The notes under the pieces were generated by a model that saw only the letters and a list, made by a program, of their open reading frames with translations, was not told where the DNA came from and searched no databases. Positions 36,401-51,400 of a stretch of DNA of 64,000 bases are shown piece after piece. Every line of letters begins with the position of its first letter. The stretch's first letter is position 1. Source of the stretch: Bispira polyomma (lineage: Eukaryota). The translations under genes and the position numbers were made by a program. The DNA is taken from positions 28,644,001 through 28,708,000 of the forward strand of contig OZ287753.1 of assembly GCA_965649765.1 (NCBI GenBank), read 5' to 3'.

Positions 36401-39400
36401 ATTATTACCCATTAACTACATTTCCTTGTTTAATACATTCATTTTATATTATTTTAATCCATTGTTTATAACGTAAACAAATCACATAGTTTTTGGCATG
36501 ACACAGTTTGTTGACCCCGTTTGCTGGTGACTTACATTATTATGGCCCATGCTCACGTAATCGACCACCCCCAGTTTCACTACAACTTCGACATATTGCC
36601 CAGTGAGCGCTTCCGCAGAATATTTCGGTAGCTAAAATAAACCCAGGTGCAAATTTCCTTTGTGCAGTGACTATTTTTTAATACAAAGATAGGTTGCAGT
36701 AAATATTCTGAGATTACAGTGAGTTCAACATTTAGACATTTTAACCGCTGTTTGGATTTGAACTTTTGTAACCATACTTACCAATCAGGATATTTGGGGC
36801 CTCATTAGATCTGCTGGCATCATACAAGATCCACTTAGAGATGATCAAACAAACCATATAGCCAAACATACACAGAAGAAACACCAGCATGGGGATGAAC
36901 TCACAGAAAATGTTCAGATACTGCTTAAACTTGCTAGAATAAAAAAAAAAAAATAACATACAAGTGTCCTGTACAAGTTCAGATTTTGTACAACTTAAAT
37001 AACTTGTATGACTGAGTTGTACAAGTTATAACTTGTACAATGTCTGATGTCATGTGGTGCCTATTGGTTAAGCAGATGGTCTGGTGATCAGAAGGTCGCC
37101 GGTTCACCTTAAAGTGAGGGAGTTGGTCTGGTGATTGGTAGGTCCCTGGTTTGACTTCTGCTAATGTCGCTGGGTTTACTGGTGCGAGAACATCCTTGGG
37201 AAAGACATGAACACCCCATTACATTCAGATGGCGACCGAGGTCATGTTGTAGGACACATATAATCAGTTGATTGACTAGATTGTTGCACTTTACAAAATA
37301 CCGCGCATCAACAAAGTGTGATAAATATATACAATACACACTTGTACAATACATTGATTCTACACACATTTCCCCAGACAAAACATAACTTCGGTGTAAC
37401 ATTTTTTGTGTGAGAATTACACAAAACCTTTGCAACCAAACAGTCACTATTATCCTGATCAGTTGTTTCTCAGTTTGGACTGCATAAATTGCTGAAAAAA
37501 ATCTTCTTATTATTTTAAAACAAAGTCCATGATCAATTGTATTATAAATGATTATTATACAAGACAGGGAAGTTGATAAATGGTGAGCATTTAGTTAGGA
37601 GAACGATAGGTACAGGTACTGGATAGCGTTACTTGGACAGTAAAGATAAGGCTATCCAATGCTTTCAATAAATGACTAAGGTAAATACTGTTCCCTTGGT
37701 TCCATCAACTAACTCTTACTTAATGGAAATTAATTATTATGAGGCAAATTATTCCTCACAGCTACCTTTTCACGTCTTAACTTGTTGCGTGACCGTGCTG
37801 AATTGACTTGGGGTGGTGAGTAAGATTTGTGTAACCTAGACAACATTTCATCCTAGCCCATGAGATTAAAAATCTCAGTTAGCAAACTGTCATCACCTGG
37901 TGGTACCTGGTAGTGGGGTGACGACACCATTCTATTGTGACACCTGTTATCTGTCACATCACAGGCATGGTTTTGGCAAAGAGGCTCATCAGACACTGAT
38001 ATGAGGTGTTAATTTTAAAATTATAAGACTCAGTTGTGAGGTGTAAGTGTGGAGGTCAACAGGGAAGTTTGAATCAGATTTGGTGTGAGGGAGCCTTATC
38101 TCGGGAATTATATAAAACAAAAACACTTTTACTTAATAGAAAGTTAATTTTATCTGATTGTCTTTTTTTTTTTTTTTTTTTTTTTACTAAAAGGCATTAC
38201 AAACAGCAATAGATCAAACTGACATGTGGTTGAAGATACCGAGACAGACCCCAAGCACCATCTGTGTGACGCCAAATATGATTGAAATCTTTTCTTTGTA
38301 AGAGTTGGAATATGTGATCTTGTTCTCGGATATCTGCCAGATCTACAAACAAAATAAATAAAAATATCATCAGCATTACTGCTTTCTTTGGTACAATGAT
38401 AAAATCTCACCTATCTCCACATAGAATAGATAGTTCATGGATGTGTCAGAGATGATGTGGCCATCAGCCCATACAGTATACTGGAATGACTTTATATTGA
38501 CTAAAAATATATTTTTTAAATTTTAAATCTGATTGGCTGAGACTGCAAAAATTCTAAGAATGTTAGTGAATACGGACACTGGACTTAAGCCTCTCTCAAA
38601 AATTGGACTGTTTTGCAGAGCCTTGAATTCTTCATTGCAGCATTAGTTGTCACTGACATATGGCCCATTATAAAGGGTTTAAATATAACTTACAGGGTCC
38701 ATGCCAAAAGGATAAGGTGCTCCGCCATACACCTCACTGTCATTAGCATCTAACTGCAACAACGGGTTCACTCTGGTGTAGTTCAAACTAAAATACACAA
38801 GTACATACACATTACATGACATCACTACATCTCTATTCAAGTACATACACATTACATGACATCACTACATCTCTATTCAAGTACATACACATTACATGAC
38901 ATCACTACATCTATATTCAAGTACATACACATTACATGACATCACTACATCTATATTCAAGTACATACACATTACATGACATCACTACATCTCTATTCAA
39001 GTACATACACATTACATGACATCACTACATCTATATTCAAGTACATACATTACATGACATCACTACATCTATATTCAAGTACATACATTACATGACATCA
39101 CTACATCTATATTCAAGTACATACATTACATGACATCACTACATCTATATTCAAGTACATACATTACATGACATCACTACATCTATATTCAAGTACATAC
39201 ACATTAGATGACATCACTACATCTATATTCATATATTTAAGTACATACATTACATGACATCACTACATCTATATTCAAATTTTATATTATATAACACCTA
39301 TTATTGAGCACCTTATGCCCTGGTCACACTGAGTATGTTTTGGTTTACATTTATTTCATTCTTTTATTTTATAAAAGTAAGCAAACGAAAATAAACAAAG

Positions 39401-42400
39401 TAAAAATATGGAAAACAAAATCGTTTTTATCACGTTTGTCATGTATATTGAGACACATAGCACATAAGTTTTTAACTACATTTGTGAAGTAGAGCACGTT
39501 TCAAATTTGTTTTAATTACGTTCTATAAAATTACATCACCCATTTGATCTTGTTTGCCAAATTTCACATACGCTTTATTCGTTTTACTTTCCTTTTATAC
39601 ATTAAATACGCAAATTTTACTTACTCATATATACCCTTCCAAGCAGACCCAAAAATATTGAAAGACTTGGCAAAACAGTCGTTGTAGATAAGTCCCGCAT
39701 AGACTGAAAAGATCCCCATAAGTAGGATGACGTATCTCCCAGCATAGATCATACTGAAGATCTAAAACACCAACAATAATAAAATTAAAAACTCTATTAT
39801 CCAAACTTTTATTATCCAAATATTTGATTTTATAAACTCATATTTACTCTCAGAAACTGACGTTTTTCCTATTCTTTTTCACACTACAATGACTCTTCTC
39901 CTATTTCACGAAGCTTCTATTAACCAAACAAAATCTTTCTCTACCAACACGTTCAGATAACCAAGGTTCCACTGTAATATTAACTAGATGTTGTTGGTGC
40001 CACAGGCACATCTTTGAAGGGGAGAAAACTTTTACAACATTTAACCTCTTTAAAATGTATATTAATGATGTTGATTAATACACTATTATCATGTAACTGC
40101 GACTTGTAAAACAGTAGCAGAATTTCGAAAATGACGATTTTTTAAAGAAAATGCCTATCTTTGTAAATATGATTTTGAATTTAAGAAAAATAACAGCAGA
40201 TTAATCGTTTCTAGAGTCGAAGGTCTCCATCAATATCAAAGAACAGTGGCCTAAAACTCTTACAAGTCTTTTTACACACTTGTGTATTATTATTATAGAT
40301 TGTTTGCTGATAATGATTTGCAGCTAATTATTACATAAAAGGCCTTTATAGTGAAAACAACAGTAGAACCCTTTATTTAACAGAACAGTTTTGTTATCAA
40401 GAGTATAATGTCCTACACTTCAATTACTTGGTGGAAAGAAGTATAATCATTTTGCAAAACAATATGCTATCTAGCATCTTTCTAGCATATCTCGATGTAC
40501 AATCAATCTCTTAACAAATATCAGCTGTATATTCTTTTAATGTTCATGTAAACAATGTTGCACCTTAATTTCATTCAGTAGTATTATTTGAAAGTTTGTG
40601 CTGAAAAATTATATTGTATTATATATATTTTTAACATCTTTATTGATGCCAGGTTTCTTCTAAACAAAACGACAAAATCAACTAGACCTAGCGCAGAACC
40701 GATGCATATTTGTATCCACCAGAAAGACAAAGCACCCTAGGTAGCAACCACCCTAGCTAGCACTCAAGCTAGAAGCCTATGATTTCCTATAAGGCATTTA
40801 TGCTAAAGCCTTCGATAGCACAAGTGGGTTTCACATTGCAAACATGTGGGACCAATAATAAGTGTGAGATAGGCAATTTAAAGTTTGGCCTACCTGTTTG
40901 ACTCAGGCAAGCTTTTGGAATAAAGAACATTTCCTGTAAATTTCAGGAGCCTAAGTGTCAAAGTTTTCCCAGGAGAGCGATAACGGCAAAATCTCTACAC
41001 ACACTGACACGGTGGCGGCGGTGTAATGAAGACAAATCCATAGTATCCACCGAAGTTTTTTGGTGGATACAATTAACTGATCATGAGTCCTAAACCATAT
41101 AGCCTGGGTCATCATCAGTAGGCAATGGCATGGTCACATCTAGCCCAAGGATGTTATGCCACCAATAGACTTAGCGGCATCAGCAAGAGTTAAACTGAGG
41201 ATCTTCCAACTCCCCAAATAAGAGTTGAACTGGGGGACCTTTTGATCACCAGACCTACTCTGCAAATGGGAATTAAACTGGGGGACCTTCTGATCACCAT
41301 ATCCAACCCCCTTATCATGGGAGACCATACAAATAGGACACACTTTGCAAAAAGTACAACAGCACATAATGTATTATTGTGAATTATAAATATTTACACA
41401 ATTCCTTCCTTCTCTTGTATTTATTCAGAGATTTTTGGTGTTTTAATATGACTCACGTCACTGCTCTCCATCATTTTGCGTATCCTGTCCTCATACACAA
41501 CCATCCAGAGAGCAAACAAGAACATGATTAGTCCGTGGCCCGCATCTCCAAACATCACAGAGAAAAGGAATGGGAATGTGATGATAGCAAAGGGTGCTGT
41601 CAAATACAAAACACAGGGGGCTATAAGTATTAAAGTATGCGACCAATGCCTTATTGATAATTAATCCTCTAAGACACGTACACTTTCCGAAAGGGATAGT
41701 CCTACAAAAGCCTGGGTCACCATCAGAAGGCAATGGTGTGTTTACATCTTGCCCAAGGATGTTATCCCACCACTGAATTAGCGGCTTTAGCGGCACTAGA
41801 GCTAGACAATTTACGATCACCAGACCAACTGACCCAGTGTGAGTTGAACTGAGGGCCTTCTTATTACCAGACCAACTCTCTAACTACGAGGCCATGGAAT
41901 ACCACATGATAGTCCTAAGGCCTAGGAGTGTAGGCGAGTACAGAAGCACAATTTTAGCTACCTAATTGGTTTTGTACATTTGTCGGAAAGCAGCTTGCTT
42001 GAGATTGTATTTTGAGGTTGCCTTTAAAATCTCAGGAGTTCTGTTACTTTGTTTCAAATAAATTCCACAGTTGACAAATAGTTTAAGTAATAGGAACTTA
42101 TACATCAAAACTATATTATTGTGTCCGGGTCATAATAGTGTCCTATTTAACAGCCAGTTTTTAGGTAGGGTAAGTAAATGTTTGTATTGATGTTTTCAAA
42201 CTTACAAGAATAAAATTCCTGATTTAAGGTCACAACTTAGCTTTTTTTTAATAGATATAATATTTTGTGTTCAATTGAATAGAAATAATCAAGAAAAAAA
42301 TCAAAATGGCCACACACTTGTGACTCGGACACAATTGTGACCACTTATGTAGTACGTCTAGTAGTAGTAGTAGTACACATTACCTGGATTGACCTCTTTG

Positions 42401-45400
42401 TAACAAGCCACACCGTAGGCATCAATGATATTCTGGTAAGCCTTGGTGAACTTGTTTGTCTTGTGGTAGGTGGGGAGTTGGTCATGGGCGATCGGGTGGA
42501 TGAGACAAGGGGCGGAAACACCAATCTTGGCCTACAGTGAAAATAGGTTAAAAAAAAAAGACAGTAGAAACCTCTATTACATCTAAAGGCAGTAAAGGAG
42601 GTTTCAAGGAAAATGTGTTGATTATAGTCGGTGTGCGTGCTTTTGATATGTGCTTATTTTCGACTGACTAGTTCCCAATGCTCTAGTTAGGTCCGGTAAA
42701 AGTCTATTGACCTAGCTACTGATATAGAACTACAAATACGTGTTATTTTGTGTACATGTGTACTTTATTTGTTAATAACCAGGGCAATAACAGGTGATAT
42801 ACTTGTAAACATGGTTCCTCTTACGTTATTGATAACTGACACATCGAGGATATATGTTTTGGAATGTAGTACATAGACTTTTATAAGACACAAGAATTAG
42901 GCAGATATGTAGTTAATGTGTTATAAGGTGAAAACCCTCTATTATATGTATCTGACATGACACGGGCGTGTCTGCGCGATTCTGATTGCTAGAAAGCTTT
43001 GGTAAAATTCAGTATAGACCCATTTGGCTGTTCTATCAGTTCCCCATGCAAATGTAAGTAAGATGGAATAGCCTATGTTTATGTATGTTTGAGACTGCAA
43101 AAGTTGGTTATTTTTTAGATGTGGGTGCTTTTCTGCTAATAAGCCAACAGTGCATTCTAGCTTTTTCTATATATTTTTCTTTACAAATAAAGAGTGGTGA
43201 TTACACTGCATATGTTGTTTCACCGGTTATAGCCAGTACAGGCTGTTGTTGATAATGTGTTTAAAAATGGTCTAACATTCATATCTCTTAATATGTAAAT
43301 GTCATGAGTGTATTATAAGGGTGCACAGGTTGGGGCACAACACCCTCTTAGTATTTTATATTTGGAGGAAATTTTGGCCCTGCACTCCAAGTTGGTAAAG
43401 TCAGTAAACTTGTAATTATATACAGTATTATTGCATAGATCATATATAACAAGTACCAAAGTAGATTATAATAAAAGTTTAAAATCCCACTGCATGTTTA
43501 TTATTGTTGCACCTTATTAAGGGTTAGGGGGAATCCAACCTTCGCAGTAGGATTTTTTTATTATAATTCAGATCATTGGTCCACCGTTTTCCCGCTAATT
43601 TTTCTTGGGATCCAATGGGTTAAGCTGTTGTAGGAAGTTAACTTACCGAGGCATTGTTGAGTACACTTTGGACTAGTCCCAGCGACTCCTCAGGGAGGTA
43701 ACACTCTGCTATGTAATTCTGGCCCTCAGTGTGAAACATGTTCATAGTGTGGTAGATGGCCTTGATCTTTAGTACCTATTTATAGACAAAATCACAAAAC
43801 TAGATGGACACTCTAGAACGCATGACGAAGCCACAATGCCAAAAATTAAAAACAGATATTATACGGATCTACCCTTCTATTTGGATCTGCTCCAAGTTTG
43901 AATGGAATATTATATTCCATGGCCTACGCCCCATCCCTCCACCAACTTCCATGTAAAATTGGTCCAGTAGTTTTTATATAATCCTGGTGAAAAAGAAACC
44001 ATCCAGCCAATGGAGATGGAGGGGGGGGGGGGGGGGGAACTTAACCTTATTTGTGGAGGTAACAAACATATTAATATTGTTTTAAGCAAGTTATCTAGAG
44101 TGGTAATCATAAAAGGTATTAGCCAAGTCCTAAATCTACTATGTTGGTTCAGGCTTTTGACTAACAAGAGGTTTTCTTCTCTGGAGTAGAATTCTCCAAA
44201 GAAACTCAAGCTCATCTCGGACTCTGTTATTCAGGGTTAGATTTCTTCCAGAAGATATGTATTTCTTGCGGACAAGTGGAAGAAACTGGAAGAAACAGAG
44301 TTATTCACTAAACATGGAAATAACCTATACTTGTCACCATCCATTTTAATAAAGCTTTCAATGCTGAATTCAAATATGGACTCAGATTTTACATTGCTTT
44401 ACTCTAGCCAGAGATAGGTGTACCTTGGATTAGTGTTGGTTTGAGCTTGGGAAATTTACAGAATATGACCACTGGTGACATAAAGAGAATGCCCTAGGAT
44501 TAGTGTCAACTGTGCTCTTAAAACAAAGAGTAACACAAGACTATCATATATAATTCAGACCAAAAGGTATGTTGGTTAACTATAAAACAATTGAATTTAG
44601 CCAAATAACTGTTATTAAAGCTGTATACTGTATAGCTTACAGTTTAAGTTCAATTTTTGTACCAACTCTCAGTAGTTAACCTAACTTTACAGAACACCTA
44701 TATATTTATTGCCTACTATCCTTTTAACTTCAAAATCAATACATCTTCATCATTTCTACTTTAGAGCACTTTACTTTATACTATACAATCATGTACAAAG
44801 ATTCTAAGAATCCAAGGACAGCAATACATCGGAAATGTTTTTGTGCAATGGTGATCTATTTTAACTTTAAAGGGTGAATTCTATTCTGCAAGTGAGTACG
44901 TTAATGACCATACTGTCTGAAAAGCCATGGAGGTTACAGAGAATTGCTCAATTGTCACGTTATTACCACATATTCCTGAATTCACAAATTCAAAAAGTTT
45001 CAAAATTAGCATAAAATATCTTTTGATATTTACATATCATCTTAAAAACATCTGGAAAACTACCCCAATCAGCGACTATAAAAATGCCATTAAAAAAGAC
45101 CAGAAATTTCTCAGCCACTTACTTTAATGTACCAGGTATTAAGATTGTCAGCCACTGTCTCCAACACCCTTTGTCTCTGTTCCACAGATTTTCCTAAAAC
45201 CTAAAAATTAAAAAAATATTGACAAGTTAAGGCCATCATAGACCGCCGACTACATGGCCTAAGAAAAAACTAAAAATAAGAAAATATGTAAAGATTATAT
45301 GGACTGCTCCCAACAAGACACTACACTACAGGAAACAGCACTTTACGTTATGTCGTGTATATTTTTTGATATTGTTCTGTATCATATTTGATATGGATTA

Positions 45401-48400
45401 TGTTGTGTCGTGTTTGATGTAAATAGGACTGTCATCCGGTGTAGAGCCACTAGGAACGACACGGCAGTTTTAAATTTTCAAGCACTAACTGGGACCTATA
45501 ACTAATATTGTTCCAGCTAAAGAAAGCTTTACTGAAAAGTTTACTGAAAGAGATTTTGTCTTTTTCTTTAATAAAATAATGTGACATCTATTTTAAAAAC
45601 TTTCTATGATCTATAAAAATCTGGTACTCTTAACATTTTTTGACAATAGAATTTCTACTGTATTTTATAAAAATAACAACACTAGTTTACAGTTTAAACA
45701 ATTTCACCTAAAATATTTCCAAATGGTGTAACATATGTAATCTAATTGTATAAATAAGTGAATGTATATCCCATAAACCTGTTAACCATAACTAAAAAGC
45801 TTTACTGAAACAACTAATAAAATAAAGTTTCCGTATTGACTTAAAAAAATATTACAATATCAGTTCAACAAGTAACTTTTTGTACAGTGGAGCCTCTGTT
45901 ATCCAAACATGTTGGGAGAGCAAGATTTTGTTTGGATAATAGAACAGGCATTTTAGTATAACAGAATATGAAATTGTAAATTTAGGGGAGTGAAAATGAG
46001 TTCATAAAATCAAATATTTGGATAATAAAGGTTTGGAGAATAGAGGTTCTAATGTACTTTAAACTCCACTAGTGACTTATGGAACTAACATGTTCGAGGT
46101 CTTGTAGTCTAGACATCACACCAATCGCCATCTCTCTGCGGTCATCCATCGTGTCTGGACAGGGATACAATGTGGCTCGGTACCTAATGGTGGTAACACA
46201 TGGAATAGGGAGGCATAACTACAATATTTAAAGAGCAAAAATATTGTAAAACCTGCTGTAGAACAGTGAAGGTGTGACCTTGACCATAACAATTCTATTG
46301 GATTAACAATATCATTGGAAGAATAACTACTACTTTTTATCAGGGATGTGACAGAGCTCCCGGTTACTCGATAACAGGCCCAATTTGTTTAGAAACCGAA
46401 GTCAAACGAGCAATTCGGGGACTTGATAAACGTGTACATTTTATAGTTAAAATCTATTACATTATCATTTATAATGCTAATTCACTTTGGTCAAAACAAT
46501 AATTTTGGTGTAATTTTTGCAGCTAATATAGGTTTTTATCATAATTTCCACTATTCATCAACATATTTGCTTTTTTTGTTTAATAGGCTTTGCCTACATC
46601 AACCGCCATATTGCTGGACTGGTTTCTTGGGATTGGTTCCTACTGAATATGCGGGAACTTGGATTCGAGACGGTTAGACGTTTTGGGATAATTGGGGCCG
46701 CATTATTGGGCCCGTTACATCCCTACTTTTTATCCAATGTATAACACAGACTTTCATAATAGTAGTCATAATCACATCTGTCATGTTTTTAAAATCACAT
46801 ATATATGCTAGTTCAAGAATATATAAATTGCAATAGAAAATACTTTACTTGCAGATAGGATGTCTGCCATAAAGTCTGCCCGATCATTGATTTTAGTGCC
46901 ATAAATAAAATTAATTGATATTATTTGTATATACATTTATATATCTATACCTTTAAAGACAACTAATTCTGTAGCAAACCATCGCAAGAACAAATGTGTC
47001 TTTGTGAAGATTTTGTTAAATGTTACTGTGATTTTAACAGTTACCAATTTATGTACAGAATAAAAAAAACAGATTAAGAAGCATTTCCATTGTCAGATTG
47101 TTTAATTTGATATGTTATTTTCAATTCTCTCACATTCATATTCAGCCCATCCTTCACCTACCTATATTTGGTATCCCAAATCATTAATTAACCTTTCCTT
47201 GACTGCCCAAATACAGCCAACCAGCACCAGTTAACTGTCATTCCCCTAACTTTTCCATTATTAATTTATGCTAAAAGACATTACCCTTCACAAATCTTCC
47301 TAATTTTGGTCTTTAGCTGTTCACCTTGGAAAAACACCATAAACACAGACTTTCTCGCACAATCTCCCTGAAAACACATACAAGCACAGACTTGGAATAA
47401 GAACCCTAAAAGTTTTGTGCTGGGATTATCAATTGTTAGTTATCTTAGCTCACATATATAAAATATGTTACCATTAAACTAATTCTTTAACTTTTAGTAA
47501 GAAATTCAAATATTTAGACAGATTTTGCCTAGCTTTCTTGCACACAAAGATAGATCAGGACATATTTTCCTGTCTTTCAGCTTCAGACCTTTGATAAATG
47601 CTGGTTCAGGTGCAACTTCTCAAAGTTTGACCATCTGCTTTAAAGGATTGAGTGTCCTAATGCACAGCAAACTTCGGCTGTAAGTTGAAAACAATTGTAA
47701 GGCCTTAACATCTACTGTGACGTTCTCACTATGGCGGTATCGAGGTGGGATTAGATAAATTGCCTTGTAGTGCAGACTACCCCATCTCAAACTTCCCATA
47801 AGCTTAGCTTCCTCCTAGAACCTTCTGAAGTGGGCCGTGGAAAGAAATCTAATTGCCCTTTTTCCCATTATTTCCGTATCACTACTCTAAGTCTCCCATG
47901 CCAGTAATTGTCTGTTCCCATCTGTAAAACTTATCAAGTTTCAGGGGAATATTTCTCCTTGATGGAAAAGTTGATTTAAAGAAAGGAAATACTACTTACA
48001 GGACTTTCTTCGAAGACTTACCATACCGCTGATATGTAAACGGGCAATAGGAGACATATTTTTTGGGCAAAGTGACGACTTTTTCAGCGTACATACTGTT
48101 TCTTCAAGGACAAATTCATCTTTGGTATATTAATTCACGTAGTTGTTAAATACAAATTAAATTAAATATTGACCTTTACATATTTTCAAATTAACCCTGA
48201 GGAGTAATCATTGGGTTGTTTGAAAGAAATCAGAAAATCTGATTGGATCAGACTTATTTATTAACGAACATACTGTGGCAGAATTCTCTAATGGTTCATC
48301 AATGTCTGCATGCTTGATAAACACATTGCCACGGCAGGCAAACCAGAGCATCCTCATAAAACCCTCTGTTCTTTCTCTGGCAATCACCCCGGCAACGTAC

Positions 48401-51400
48401 CTAGTCACAAATACATAGAAACTGTACAGATAAATATCTAGTGAACCTTTTGTGATGACACAAATGGGGAATATTTTTTAATGTATACTACATTGTAAAC
48501 TTCACTTTATTCCAGGGTTAGATTTCTTCCGGAAGATACGTACTTCTTCCAGACAAGTGCAGGAAACTGGAAGTAATAAAAGAAACAGGAAATTCTGAAA
48601 AATTTTGCATGGAAAATCAGTTAATTTGGGGAAATAGGCTGGAGAGAGGTGGCAGAGCGAATTTTTTGAGGCAACTCATTCCACACAGTAGGAGCTCTAT
48701 AAGCAAAACTATTGTTAAAATGTTTTTGTCTCTTTGTTTTTTTGTAAAATTATTCAATGCAAATAATTAAGCTCTGCCGAAGCTCACGGCAAGGAAAACC
48801 TACCTTATAAAACCTTAGTTAGTAGTATAGTCGCCTCTTGTCGATACAATAGCCTTATAGATTCGATATTTGACACTTTCCCGTATTAATCAAATGTCTT
48901 TCTTATCATTTACATGTCAAAATAATATTTTAACATGTGTTATATATAAAATCCAACTTCAAAATTTTCACCAAAGTATCTATTTTTAAAGATAAAATAA
49001 GCCTATGAAGAAAAGGTTAAAAATATCAAACTTACTAGACAACAAGAGGAGAATGGCCTGGTGGCCATATCATGATAATGCCACTACAAAGCAGGTTACT
49101 GACGAGTCCTGAAATAGTGAACCAGTCACTAGTCAGCGATCGAAATGGATTTTGAGGACAATCTACTGTGGGTACCCAGTTAGGTAAATCAAAGGCGAAA
49201 TTCAAAGTAAAATCTAAACCATATGTATAAAAAATGTTTTGATAATTTATTTTTCATATAAGTTCGCCTTAAAACCTGATAAAAACAATTTTTTATATAT
49301 TTTGGTAGCTCACAAAAGTTGGTTTGTTTACCTACAAAATTATCGGGTTTTTGGACAGCTCTGGAAACGACCAAACCATAATTTATTTTCCAATTTTAAT
49401 ATATTCATTTTTAGCTGTTATAGCTTGCAAAACGTCCGAAATTAGTCCGAAAATAGTGAACCAATAGTTACTATCCCTATAGACAAAAGAAAGTACTAGT
49501 CATCAGTACAGAAGCCACTATAGCACCCCCAACAAATCTATCACACTTAAATTAATTCCTTGCTAATCAAAGGCCATGTTTAATTCAATAACAAATTTTT
49601 TTTTTTTTTACTAAACTGTCACTGGTCTATGCACAAACATTTTACAAATCACAAAAGGTGTACATAGATTACTTGAATCCTTTAATAATCTAAATCACAA
49701 AAGGTAAATACAATGGCACTCAGCTAAAATGGCTTACAAGTTTTAAGCTTATTAATACACATATAAATAGAGAATAAATTTATTTGTTTCCAGGGAATGT
49801 ATTATTTTGCAAGGGGATACAAAAATTTGGCAAGCCCTCCCTGGCCATATTTTGTATCCCCACACACTTTTTTTAGTGCTACACTGGTACACTTAGTTCA
49901 ATTATAATTGTTACCAAACAAAAAAAAAATACATTTCCTGCCATCATAAACCATCCATTTCTGACGCCATATGGTTTATTTCTATTGTGACACATATAGC
50001 TTCTGTAATTTTTGTCCTAAATATTCCAATTAACCTGTATGCAACATATGGGGTTCACCATATATTTTTTTCTCTGCCTGATACAGTAAGGAATCTAAAC
50101 TTTGCTCCTGTATCTAAAATTCATCACCACCCCTATGATTTAAGCCAAATAAATAAAAACTTGTGAAAAATAAATGGTAAGGAAGGCAAATTATTCATAA
50201 AAATATTAATTTAAGCAAATATTTACCACAATTCTACCCAAAACACAACATTGTCTAGGTTGCGAATTTCAGATGGTGGCAAATTTTACATTCCTTACAG
50301 CCACAACCACCCAATAACCAAAGTATGTTTATACATGTTATATATCTTCCCAAACCTAATGTTTGTCATGTATATTATATATTCCTTTTGAAACCATTTG
50401 AAATGGGCTGTAATGGAACCTTCAATCAAATATGAGGATCCCAATATTTAAAACTTCAATAACTTCTACTATACTGCATACAATCACAGCAAATTAATTT
50501 TGGACCAACTAGAGACTAAAAAGTGTGTATATACCAAATTTAAGAGCACAACTCCCTACATATTCAGAAATTACCCTGTTGACTCATTGTAACCATGCGT
50601 AACCAAGGGTATTTCACTATTCTCTTTCTCCAGGAAAGCATGATTATGCCAATAAGCATTGGCATAATCATGCAAAAAGGCTTTATCATTTAAAATAACC
50701 AGATTCTAAGGCACATAAACTTCAGACAATGATAATATAGAGTAATTTTACTATTTCCGGCTTCCTGGTTACAGAATATTTAAGGTAGAAACGAAAATAA
50801 TGGATAGGGTTGCAACTAAAATTTATAAAAGTAGTAAACATTTTTAACTCTGGTGAATATTCACAGATATTAAAGGGGAATGACTACCTAACAATCTCAA
50901 ATGCATTCCAAAAGCTAATTCACTAAGATAAATCTTCAGAAGCTATTTGTTTAAGGGCCTTTCTGAAATGTTCGGCCATGTTGGATTTAACAGGAAATCA
51001 CCTAGTCCTATGTTTTTCAAGATATCTAAAAAAATCAACAGTTCAGACCTGTTTTTATTTATACTGAAATGTCAGGCTAAGATTGATGTTTATTTTGACA
51101 TATGATTTGTAGGGCCAGCACTTCACCGGACTTTAGTTTAGCCCAAAAGGCTATAAGATAATGTATAGTAAAATTAATAGTGGTCTCACTCCAATAGCTC
51201 ATGTATCTGTTAAGACAGGCTTGGTCCACACCATGGAGACGCTGGCAAACTGAACCACCTAAGGTGGAAAAGTCTTGCTGTACAGATAGGTTTTCAGCTT
51301 TTGTCTGAAACAGGCTAGAGAGGTGGCAGAGTGAATTTCGTGAAGCAACTCATTCCACACCTTAGGACCATTCTAAGCAAAACAATGGCTAAAATGTTTT

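Noticed and set aside
38799-39278. CRISPR-like appearance of the regular 33-40 bp repeats (also 9291-9452)
   Set aside because: Head-to-tail units with no unique spacers, no cas genes, and a eukaryotic intron context.
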